Below, in pieces: positions 52,501 through 64,000 of a DNA stretch of 64,000 bases. Each line of letters starts with the position of its first letter. The stretch's first letter is position 1. Where the stretch lies: NCBI GenBank assembly GCA_012295275.1, contig CM022665.1, positions 10,602,001 through 10,666,000 of the forward strand, written 5' to 3'. The position numbers and the translations under genes were made by a program. The DNA comes from Chrysomallon squamiferum (Eukaryota; Animalia; Mollusca). Below the pieces are notes generated by a model. That model was given only the letters and a program-made list of their open reading frames with translations. It was not told the origin of the DNA and ran no database searches.

Positions 52501-55500
52501 TCTTATTCTTTTCTATTTCAGAGGGATCTGAAACAACAATCAGTAAGTATTTTGAATTTGGTATATTATGTACATCCAAGTGTTTATTTTAAGTTATATC
52601 AACCTTTGCTGATAATAAAGTAAAATAATAATAATAATATATCAAGCAATGGATGCTGCCATTTTAATTTCTTGATGTATATGTCGTACAGAGAAATTAC
52701 AGCAAGCTCATTATTAATTTGTTTACTTACTGTGGCATATTTACCTTCTTCTTTGTTTTTGTTTGCTTGTTATTATTTCTACATCATTAATCATTTGCTT
52801 TTGGTTTTTTGTTCAGGGGACAAAGGTCAGACTTGGGAGTTGTCTGATGATGATAATTTTATCTGTGTGGTGGAAGGTCAGACAGGGTGGGGGAAGACAT
52901 CCCTCCTGTCATGTCTTGTTGTTAAGCTTATCACTGTAAGGATATAGTTCTGTTATTATTCTCTTCATTCTCTTAATTTTTATTATTGTTGTTGTTATTT
53001 TATTATTATTATGATTATTATTTTTTGCAATATTAACTTAATAATGATAACAACATTATTATTATTATAATTATTATTAACTGTATAATTTGTTTTGGGA
53101 GGGGTTTTGTTGGGTTTTTTTTGTTGTTGCTTATTTATTAGTGTTTATATATTATGTAGCATTTTAAGACTTAATTTATAAATTATTAGTTTAATCTATC
53201 TTTTCAAACCACTGCATTATTTTTATCCTGTTTCCTTTATGCTTTTTCTGTCACTAATTATATAAAGTTATTTGAGATGTTGTCTTATTATTAGTAGTTT
53301 TCTTTATTTTATTATTATTATTATTATTTGTTTTTTGTTTTTGTTTTTGTTTTTTTTGTTACAGACTATACCTGATTTATTTTTTCACTTCTGTGGCAGC
53401 ACAACACAGAGTTGTATTGAGAGTCAACTACTGAAAAGAATGATACAGTTTTTAAATGTGGACAAATCAGATGTGCAGATAGGTGAACGTATTTCTAAAA
53501 CACCCCAGAAGTAGCTTATTAACTAAAGCTAATTTTTAAAAACAGTACCACCTTGACTGTATGTTAGATTAATGATATCAGAAATGTTAATTGAATCATT
53601 TTATTATTTTTTTATTTTGCTTTCAGTTAAAATGAAAATAAAATCATATTGTTTTTATAGTGTTAAAATACATTTCTGAGACTTAAATTATTATGTTTTT
53701 AATACAGAGCATACAAATATGAATAACTAACATTTGCTAAACAAACTAGGCAGCACCTATCAGTACATAATCAACATTTTCAACAGTTCATGATTATTAT
53801 TAGAAATTGATTAACTGGAATAAATGCAACATTAATCTACAAGATCAAATATACTTTATTAATCTTGTTCTTTTCTTTTGTTTTGTTTTTTCCAATAATT
53901 AAAATGAACAAAATAATAATGCATTTGTGATACATCAACATTGTCAAAATAGCATAGAGGTTACATCTAAATGGTAATCTAAGATACTGTGTTTTGCTTG
54001 TTTATAGCCTTTATTTTATTATTATTATTTTTTTTTTTTTCAGTGAAGGATGAGAATTTACAGGACTGTACTGTAGAAGGATTGATAGAAATTTTCAACA
54101 AAGTTCTGGTCAGATTTAGACAAAGCGAGAGAAATGCTGTAATTGTTATTGATGCTGTCAATGAAGTATGTTGTATAAATTTTCTTTTTTTTTTACAGTA
54201 ATACTGAAGCTAAATTAAGACAAGCAAAATACTGGATAATACAAGAAATCTCATCACAATTAACAATATACATGTAATATTCAGAAAGCATATGAAATAA
54301 TTTCTGAAAATTTTAAACAGATTCCAATGAAAGAGAGATTTTATTTATCATTTATAGATACATTAGGAGTTAAATAGAGCTACTAAAGCATATAAAGAAA
54401 CATTCAGTTATTGAATTTTTATTAATGAGTAGATGCAAACCGAATCTATAATATGAATAATTAAGAACCTGTAAAACACAGCATATAAGCAAAAACCAAA
54501 AAAAAAATATAATTTTTTTTTAAATATAAAAATAACAGATAAAAGAATAAAGAATTAAAGTTTGCATCAAAATTCTAATAGCAATAAATTTTAATATTCA
54601 GTACATTTAAAAAAAAAAAGATAAAAAAAATGAAAAGAAAAAGTAGGTAATTCTCCTATCACTTTGGCTTATACCAGTGTAAACTGAGTTATTTTTTTTT
54701 GCAGCTGACTACAAATAATACAATAAAACATCTCAGTTGGCTGCCACCATCTATTCCTAAAAATCTGTGTCTGATAGTGAGTTCAAATGAACATGTTATA
54801 ACATTAGCTAGACTGCGAGATCATCCAGCATATTGGTACAAAATGAATCCTCTTTCTAATGACAGCCTGAAAAGATTAGCTATCAAGTATCTGGCAAATT
54901 TTTCAAAGGTATTATTTGAATTAATTAAACTAATGTTGCTATTTAAATTAAGACCAAATTTACATAAAAATAAGATTAACAATAAATGTAAGTGTATTAT
55001 TTGTCTTAATGATGATCAAACTTAATATTTTGATTAAATTATAAGGAAAATAAAGTGAAAAAATCCTATGTTTGAAAGTCAATATTAGTTTATTTAAATT
55101 GATTTAGCAGTTCAAAACTAAATTTCTTGAAAGTAATATATATTTGCAAGACAGTATTCATCTTCTTAGATTAACTGCTGTACAAGATGAATAAATATAA
55201 ATTCAGCAATACGTATTCGTTGGCATTTAAGTCATGTTTTATTTCATTCTTCTTTCTCTTATTTAAAAGATATTTGAATGAACAATAATCTTCAGTTTAG
55301 AAAATATTTATTAAAATGTCTTGTTTGAATGTTTTTTCTTAATGAATAGCTTTTTTATAATATTTTATATTCTTCATGAAATTGTCCTGTTGGAGGTTTC
55401 ATTTTATAATAAACAAATTCACTGGATTGTAATTTTGATCTTTTGTGTCAGAGGCTGGCTGATCAACAGATGGCCACTTTAATGATCCAGAGTAAAGTGA

Positions 55501-58370
55501 ACAGTCCACTGTGGATGATGCTGATGTGTGAAGAACTGCGAGTGATTGGTGATTTCAGAACTATTGACGAGAAGATTTTAGAAATGCCTGAGTCTCTTGA
55601 TGGATTGTTTATTATCATTTTACAGAGGTTACAACAAGAAGATGACACTGGATTGATCAAAAAGGTATTGTACAATGAAACTGGAGTTACGAAAATTATC
55701 ACATCAAATAAAAAGTGGTTTGGAAAAAAGCAGTCTTATCATTGACATAATTTCAATGCTAAGTTGTAGAATAATATTAAAACTTCAAGTAAAAATTGCT
55801 GTAGTGAATTAAAACCTCAGTCTGGCATATTAATTCATTCACTGTGCATTCATTTTGTTGTTTATCGTGTTATTCTTTACTATTTATTTTGTCTGCTACC
55901 AGAAATTACTACTCCTTGGCTCTGAATGTGCCTTAGTAATCATTTTTTCATTTACTGTAATTTGATTTTTTAAATCAGTTAATTATTTATGTCATTTTTA
56001 GACATCCATTCTTTATTTAATTTGTTCTGTTTTAGACTCTTTGCTCTTTGGCATCATCAGAAGCAGGAATTCTTTCATCAGACATACTGAAAGTTCTAGG
56101 AGACGTAAAGAAGAAGGAAACTGCTCCACCACTTTACTGGGCTCAGGCTAAAAGACATCTGAAACCTTACATTCGGATCACAGGATTTCCTAAAGAATAC
56201 ATAACATTTTACCATGAATCAATAAGAAAGGTACACATACTGTAGAATGTGGGGAAACTGTAAGCATAGATATTCTCTTATCAGAGGCAGGTTCCAAATT
56301 TTAGATAATATTATGTCACTGTGATGGATATGTTTACTTTCAAGATGAAATAATTATAACTATAATGAAAGAAACCCATGTAGGTTACAAACATTATTTT
56401 TAAGCCATAATATTTCAGTAAAAAAAATGTCAGAAAACAACTGAAGCTTCCATTTTTATTTATTCAGTATTCAAGCGTTGTTTTTTTTTTTAATGTTTTT
56501 TTTTATATTAAATGTATTTTAATTTTTTTTTTTTTTTAAATTATGAAATCATTTGAAAGGATCTTTACAAATAAATATTATAATGGAATTTTTGTTATTT
56601 TTTGTTTTTTACATGATTAAGGCTGTGGTAAAGAGTCTGTTGTTAGAACGTGAGGAATATCTACTGTGGCAGAGTCATCTTGCTGACTACTATCAATACT
56701 GGTGTGAGAATTTGTCTCTCAAGATATATTACCTACCTCTACATCTGAAACAAGCTACAGAACATGACAGGTAAAGGGATATCATGTTATAAATATATAC
56801 ATTTAAGAAAATGTTTGTAAAAAAAATAAAATATAGAATAACAGTTTCTACAAAATTTAAGGGCTGTTTAAATATTTAAAGATTTAGTTGAGGAGTTGTT
56901 GTGTTATGTAAATATATATATATTTTTTTAAAAAGACACCACAAAAATTGGTAAGACTATGCCTACAGCATTTTAACAAAGTTTAACCATTAAATTTGTT
57001 GCTAATTACAGACTACAAAAATATATTTTAAAATATTTTGGACATAAACCATGGTAAAAGAATTTCATAAAATTAATACTAAATTTTTTTTTTTTTTTTT
57101 TTTTTTGTATGTCACCATGTCATTGTCTTTAGCACTAAAATGGTTCCTATAAATGTACTGCAAGTAATAAAATAATAGTTAATGATTTTGGAGTTGGAGA
57201 TTCTGGTAACTATTTTGTCATTTTGTTCATATCTTAGTGGTTTTTGTGAACATTAAATATAAAAGTCATATAAAGAGAATAGTCTATGAATACTTTTGAA
57301 TAATATTCTTCAATATTTTGGTGTGATTCAGTCAAGATTTTATTATTATACAGTTATTTTATTTTCCAAATAGTTAATTACTTAAATATTCCATCCATCA
57401 TTTGTGACAGTTATGGATTTGGGAGGTATGAGAATTATGAGTAATGTTAAATAAAAACATATTAATATTTAATAATTCTATGTATGTCTTCAGGCTTATT
57501 GACTTTCTTCGTAATGACAGGGATTCAATGAAAATATCTCCACCACAACGTAGCAGATATTTTGAGGTTGGTAAAACAAAATTTCATTTGATATATAAAA
57601 TATCATTCACAAATGGTAATATACACGTTCATGAAATGTTATCTTAATATTAGATACTAAAGAAAAGGAAACCCATACAAAATCAACTCCAAAACAGCAG
57701 GAACCTAAAATATATTATTAGAAAGATGCAGTGTTTGATACATACACAAATTCTGCACTCCACCTTTATAACTTCACGCCTCCCTCTGTTTCACTTCATC
57801 CATCTGCGTGAAATAAAAAAAAAAAAAAAAAAAAGGTTTTTTAAAGATTTAGCATATTATGTCTATATATTGAATCACAACAATACAAGTGTTTTTTTAA
57901 CACATTATAACACATGGTGAATCTGATCACATGAAAACGAGTTACCTAATGACATGCAATTCCAAGATTTAATATTATCTTTGTTTTAAATCTTTTTTTT
58001 TTTTTTTCATCACACTGTTTTATTTCAGGATGTCCGATGTATGCTTGTAGCAGACAGTGCATTACCAATGACACAGGCTGCTGTAATATGTCAGAGATGT
58101 CGAAAAAAGATTGGTGTATTTAATCCAGGCAATATGTTTATAGCAGAGAACAGCTGTATTATTTGTGCTTCGTTTTGTAATACATTCATGAAGAATCCAC
58201 CAGGCAGATACTGTTCATTCCATTCAACAAAATTTAGAAATGTCTGTACTGCTTGCGGCTTTCATGTATTTCCAAATGATGTCAATTCTGTAGCTGGCAA
58301 GCTCTGCAACTGGTGTTCTTTTGGAATCAATGGTAAAAAATGTGTTTTCATTGGCTCTAGGAACAGATAG
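46515..58370 (+). CDS. DUF4062 + STAND/NACHT-type P-loop NTPase (TEP1/NWD/NPHP3-like) with a C-terminal PHF5A-like Cys-rich zinc domain, ~849 aa
   Basis: 18 phase-consistent GT-AG exons: 46515-46559 (least certain), 47454-47651, 48243-48427, 48865-48975, 49476-49593, 51116-51211, 51623-51740, 52098-52220, 52522-52542, 52817-52935, 53365-53482, 54044-54165, 54705-54908, 55452-55664, 56036-56230, 56622-56770, 57494-57566 and 58029-58370 (2550 nt). DUF4062 motifs VRLFISSTFTDFFNERE, IDLRWG, LLGERYGWVP, SITFMEIMHG; VFGRE; Walker A GQTGWGKTS; Walker B VIVIDAVNE; SWLP; NSPLW; FYHESIR. Confidence 0.9.
48410..48650 (+). repeat. ~72-bp minisatellite repeating an exon end and splice donor
   Basis: The ct.ct.RgagaaaKgta unit recurs with GT at 48428, 48500, 48572 and 48645. 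Confidence 0.85.
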
Positions 58371-59118
58371 TTTCTGATATAAAAATAAATCACATATGAA
58401 CTTCAACAGTGCTTAGATCATGAAGTGCTAATGTAAGAGACTTTTTTAAAAATCTGAATTTAAAATTTAATGCAATTTTATTCAGGAACCTTTCTACACA
58501 GTGACCAATAGAGATGTATTTATTTAGTTATTTAAATATGAGATTATTAAGCATTTATATTTTTCTGCAAAGCAACATCCAGCAGATACAGATGTTTGGT
58601 TTGTGCTGGGTTGTCTCTGTATATCAGTGTATATATTTCTGTCAATTCATCACTAAAAAAATTCATTAAACAGTCGTTAATTTTTTCTCATCTTTCCAAA
58701 ATAAATGAAGGTAACAAATCTTTTAAATCAACATGTACAAATATAAACAGGGTTATTCAGTAACATTTTTATTGTTTTGTAACAAATATGTGTTATTATT
58801 TGTAGTACTTTTAGATTTTAGGTGAAATTTTAAAACTGCAAGTCAGAAGTTATGTATTCAGCTAGTCTTTTATAAAAGATTAGATGTATAATCCTGTTCA
58901 TTTATTTTTAATTGTTACTTATGTAATAATCATAAATTAGCTGTGATATTTTTATTAGTCAATTTAATATTCATTTTAATTTTGTTACAATATTATTGGG
59001 CTTTTTCTTTTCTTTTTTAATGACAGATTTAATAAATATGGTCTGAAAAATGTTTATTGTTGTTTTCGGGTGTTTAAAAAAAAAAAATTTAAAGACCTTT
59101 TTAAAATAATTAAATTTA

Positions 59119-59122
<4 letters not shown>

Positions 59123-59174
<52 letters not shown>
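59123..59174. repeat. (ATT)n microsatellite
   Basis: Directly visible; similar arrays at ~8135-8182 and ~15742-15787. Confidence 0.95.
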
Positions 59175-62100
59175 TTGTATTTACATACTTTTCAGCAAAC
59201 AAACTGACTGATCTGTTCATTATTAGGGCCTATTACTTTTCTTAGTTACCAATTAGAACCTGAAGAAATGATTACTACAGTAATGTAATATCACGTGTAC
59301 AATTCATTCTTAAGAGCCTCGTCTGATGTCATTTGTTTTTAAATTTAAAACAAAATAAATAAATAAAAAATAAAAACATTACTAATTTTTTTTTATATAT
59401 ATATATATAGTTTTATGTTGCTTGGAAATTAAGTAATTTTAGTTTCAGTAATTTTTAATATAGTTATATGAAATAGTATTTGGGAATAAAAATGGCGATT
59501 GAAATATTGAAGCTATAGAAAATATGGAAGAGGAGGGAAAATGAAGTTAGATCTATTATTAAAAATTCAGGAATCAAAATATACTTGATACTATCAGAAA
59601 TAACTAAAGTTTCAAATCTATTATCTTGTTTCCATTTCAAAATGTATTAAAAATTATTCAACACCAACTCAAAGATAAATTATAAATATCTTTTATTCAG
59701 ATTTAAAATCAACAGCTATACTTGGTTAACAGTATAACATTTTTATAATAACCCAACAACCCTAAACAATACATATATAGTGCAAACAATTCAATCAGCA
59801 GTGTTTCCTTTTAATAACAATACTTATAAAAATAGGTTGTTTGACCTCTATATTTTATTATTCAAATATTTATTGAAAACAAAGAATTTTACTTAGTTTA
59901 ATTTATTTTTTGAAATTAAGTAGATAAATTAACAAATTAAAAATGGAGAAAAGAGCACTATAATATTTATTTATAACACCTGCATAAAAAGAACACTTTT
60001 ATGAAAATACATGATCAAAAATATTTTCAATAATGTTATTTGAAGGTTTAGTTCATTTACAACATTTAATTATTTATATTTCTTTAGATTATTTTAAAAA
60101 TAAATAAATAAAAGACATACAAAATATTTAATATCTTTATTTTAAAGATTTGGTTAAATTCCATAATTTAGAAAAAAATATAATGTTTATCAGAAGAAGA
60201 CAATAATATTAAAGGCACAAAATACATATATATTTTTTATCAATTTAGAGCAAAATAGTTTTTGATTTAACTATTTTACTTTTTAAAAGATATAATATTA
60301 ATGGGAGTAAAACATTTTATTCCTATTTTAAGGCAATTAACCTTTTCTGCAGAAGACAATGCTGAATTGAAAAATACGTACAAGACAGAAGTATTTTTAT
60401 TACTTTTTACAGTTAATTGTATTATGTAGTCAATTCCTTTTAACAAACAATAATCTAATAAAGGAAATATATGTTTTTTAAAGCAGCAATAGAAATATTG
60501 CATAAGACAGTATAACTGATTTTTTTTCTTTTATAAAAAGACAAAATTTCAAGTAATGTTACACTCTACTTGCTATTTAACAGTTCTAATGCTACTTAAC
60601 CGGTTCACTATTTACAAAAATTAATTTTAAAATAATCAAATGACTAGATATAAAATGCATTTGAACATTTTATAAACTCAACAAATAAGTTCAGATGCTC
60701 TAATCTCCTATATCAATTATATGCACACAGAAAAAAAAGTATCAGAATTATTAGAATGACAATGGCAATTATCAGTCAATAAGAAACCTTTTTATTATTA
60801 ATGGACAAACATTACATGCTGCCTTATCAGTGAATTGAACAATAAATCAGATTAAGGCTTCTTATCACACTGCTTAGTGTAATATGTATTTTCTAATAAT
60901 CAACATGAAAATATTATTTCAAAAGAAATCAAAATGAAATGAGAATTAAGGTGCAAATATAAAACTATAAGTCACAGAAGAAACTGGCATCAAGATTGAA
61001 ATGCCAACTATTAGCAGTAAATCTGATAGATATTTGTTTTGTGAAATCCAACTCTGATTTAGAATTTTTCAAATATTGAAGGTCAGTGTTTTTGTTTCTA
61101 ATCACCGCCTATGCTTTATTTAATTTTAAGAAGAAAATACTAATGTTCATATTAAAAACAGAAACTGAAGTTTCTGCTAAGAGTCATTCACATACACACA
61201 CATCCACACACACTGGTACATTTACACATACATTATGAAAAAAACTGCAAAAAAAATTGCAAGTGCAGCAGTTAATACTTTAACAGGCAGTTAGATAAAA
61301 TATATAAATTTATGTATATATTTACATTTACTAAAAACAGATATGAAATCTCACAATTAGTTGAGGTATCTGTCAAAACTAATAAGACTATGTTAATTTT
61401 AAAGCAGTTGAAAACTTAATGACAAAGTGACAAAAACTATCAAAGGAATGTTTTGCATTGAGATTGCCTGTCTCATGGAATATACACAAAAAGTTACCCT
61501 AGTAATAGTAATATGCAAATAATGATAACCAGCATCATTTTCTTAGTTCACAAATGTAACATTATCCATTTCCAGGAACTAAGAAAATAACTGCAGCATT
61601 TTTTTAAAATGGCATGATGAAATAGTTTCCTCACCAGTCATACTGTTAAAGCTTACATATTTGTTTTTGTGAAAAAAGTATTAAGAAAAAATAAAGTGCT
61701 CTGGCAATAAAAATTCTCAACAGTTTTTCCAACTGCCACTGAAAATATCCTAAAGATGTGAACAAGCTTTTTCACATACAAAACTTTATAAAATAAAATA
61801 TTTATAAACAGAATGAAATGTCTTACATTATTCTGAAAGCAAAATGTTTAGCAAATCAAACTGTTAATAGAAAGCTAAAAAACTGATACCCATGTAAAGA
61901 TAAATACATATTCTATACAGGATACAAATAATACATTTAACATTCAGCAGAATGTATTTCAAGGTCCAAAAAAGTTCCTAAAATATAAAAAATGTATATG
62001 TATACATTTGGAGGTAAATAAAGATACCTAACTACATTTTGCATACTTCCACGAAAGAGTTTTAGTTCATCAGTGACCAATCTTAGTTAATAATAAAGAG

Positions 62101-62428
62101 CAACATTTCTACTTCAAACTGTTATTAAATTCTTCTGTGAGGAAAATAAATTAAGTAAGACATTCTCATTAATAATTCTAAGTCTGTAAAAAAAATATTT
62201 TTTGGTTTATTTATATCTGGTACAAATTCTGCTACAACAAAAGGTACAAATTTCTTAAATTTAACGTTTAATGTCTGGTCTTTACTGTCACATTAAACAA
62301 TAACAAGGAAGTATCCAAAATTTGGCTAGTCGTACTTTATCACAAAAGATACACTTTAAAATAAAATATATATATAATTGTGCTTAAATTGCACAAAATA
62401 CATATTACCACTGTTTATAATGCACTTG

Positions 62429-62740
62429 TTAACAGAAAGAAAATTCAGACTCTACTCTTTCTTTCAACTCGTTGATCTGCTGAAGGAGACTCGATGTACT
62501 GTTGTGCACCGTCTGACCATAGGCAGCCATGTCATCTGTTGTAGCGTAGTCTTGGTCATTCCAGTCACTATCTTCATTCGACTCACTAAGACTAGAGAAA
62601 GAGCTGGCACGACTACTCATCTCAGTTCCAAATGAATATTCTGAGTAATTATCTTGAAGTACTGTCTTGTACTCTTGTATAGATTCATGCAAGGACCAGA
62701 GTTGACATAGAAGAGAGATGTCATGCTGTCTCAGGTCAGC
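62429..62740 (-). CDS. FAM89A: FAM89/LURAP-domain protein, last coding exon (upstream exon not found in the window)
   Basis: Acceptor ttttgtag| then ADLRQHDISLLCQLWSLHESIQEYK, matching the FAM89 signature (M)VGLRQLDMSLLCQLxSLxESIQEYK, followed by a Ser/acidic tail and stop at 62429. Paralog A versus B is not resolvable. Confidence 0.88.
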   Translation of the reverse strand, partial: ADLRQHDISLLCQLWSLHESIQEYKTVLQDNYSEYSFGTEMSSRASSFSSLSESNEDSDWNDQDYATTDDMAAYGQTVHNSTSSLLQQINELKERVESEFSFC

Positions 62741-63121
62741 CTACAAAAATATTTATATTCTTATATTATTATGATTTATATAACATTACATTGCTTTATA
62801 TAATTTTACAGGCTTCAAATTTTAATATTTTTTTTTAGGGCTTGAAAAGTGTTGCTTGGGCTTAATCAGAAATGTTAGGACACAAAGGCAACTTAATTTT
62901 TATCAAGTTTTCATGAATGTCACTGAGCTTGCCACAGACTGTAGCTAAATTATGGTCAAAAACAAACCAAAACTGTTTATTTGAATCATTGGTACCTAAA
63001 AGAAACTTGACAGCTTTTCATATTTGTCAACGGCCAAGTAAAGTTCCTGCTTTTTATGCTTTTCTGGTGACATTTATAATTTACAAGTAAACACAATTAA
63101 TAAAGAGATACATATTTGTAA

Positions 63122-63280
63122 ATGTCAAGAAATGTGCTTTTATTTGACATGGTCAGTGAATCACTAGATTTATGGGAAAGACATGCAGGCAAGAAAAGAA
63201 AAGTAGAGCAGCCACAGGACTTTACTGACATGGAGATCATGCAAATTTTGAGGCAGAAGGTACTTGCCATTAATTCCATG
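63122..63280 (+). CDS. Possible first exon of an unknown gene nested antisense in the FAM89 intron
   Basis: GC-richer, protein-like stretch (DLWERHAGKKRKVEQPQDFTDMEIMQILRQK) with phase-0 donors at 63260 (aag|gtactt) and 63281 (atg|gtaaaa). No homology recognised. Confidence 0.3.
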
Positions 63281-63895
63281 GTAAAATCTAAAGCTTGTAT
63301 TTATGATAAATGTATTGTCCTACATAATATTACATTTAATTATATTATACAACTTTTTATTATATTACATTTTAATTATAATAATTATAACATATCATAT
63401 TAATGGTATTATTTTACTAGATGTATCTACATCATGATTCTTTTTTCCTTACAAAATAAAAACTATTCACATTGAAAATCATTTACAAAGTTTTATTTGA
63501 TTTACAAACATCTAGGCCTAAATAAATATGTAATATATAATAGGATAAATGTAAAAATACAATAAAACTAATGAATGTATAAACTATAATAAAGTATTAT
63601 ATTTTGTATTTTAAGTAATAAATAACTTGAATATTGATGTATACATGTGTTGTGTATTTGTTTAGATCAGTATATAGTTAATCAAATAATACATATAAAT
63701 ATGAAATCAGTTAACCCTTATTATAAATTCTAATTTAAAGTTATCAGATATTCACTGTATATAAATAATTTTGAAAAAAAAATTGACCAGTATCCACAAA
63801 ATGAATCAGTTCTAGAAAATGTAAAAACTGCGGAAATACGTCAAAATATTATAATTACTGAACACTTTATTACACCTGGCAACGAGCCATGTAAA

Positions 63896-63943
<48 letters not shown>

Positions 63944-64000
63944 GTTCAACGGTCATTTAAAAATTATTAACCGACATAAAATTGATAAGAATTAATACCA

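Noticed and set aside
47421-58370. Calling the NTPase gene TEP1
   Set aside because: It lacks the TROVE domain and WD40 repeats of TEP1 and shares only the DUF4062-NACHT module.
1-64000. Prokaryotic-type features (CRISPR arrays, operons), tRNA/rRNA genes, autonomous transposons
   Set aside because: None seen; the DNA is spliceosomal-intron-rich eukaryotic sequence with no long transposase or RT ORF.

Overview
Very AT-rich, microsatellite-laden, intron-containing animal genomic DNA (invertebrate; a mollusc/lophotrochozoan is my guess, not established). Exon chains were reconstructed by hand from splice signals and phases. In order, the window holds: (1) the 5' part of an unidentified minus-strand gene with a Pro-rich N-terminus containing two PIGFE motifs; (2) a minus-strand ENPP4/5-like ectonucleotide pyrophosphatase/phosphodiesterase with an in-frame TGA just before its transmembrane exon and a one-base splice-phase discordance; (3) a divergently transcribed AMPK beta subunit gene with two alternative first coding exons, both starting MGNS; (4) a ~6.2 kb tandem duplication carrying two NUDT18 genes, one with an E>Q change in the Nudix box, plus an orphan copy of the neighbour's first exon; (5) an 18-exon, ~849-aa DUF4062 + STAND/NACHT-type NTPase (TEP1/NWD-like) that ends in a PHF5A/Rds3-like triple zinc-knot domain rather than WD40/TPR repeats; and (6) the last exon of a FAM89/LURAP-domain gene. 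Also present are a hAT-Charlie-type MITE with an 8-bp TSD, a TA-flanked MITE-like element, several hairpins and local tandem repeats. Most short ORFs in the supplied track are microsatellite artefacts.
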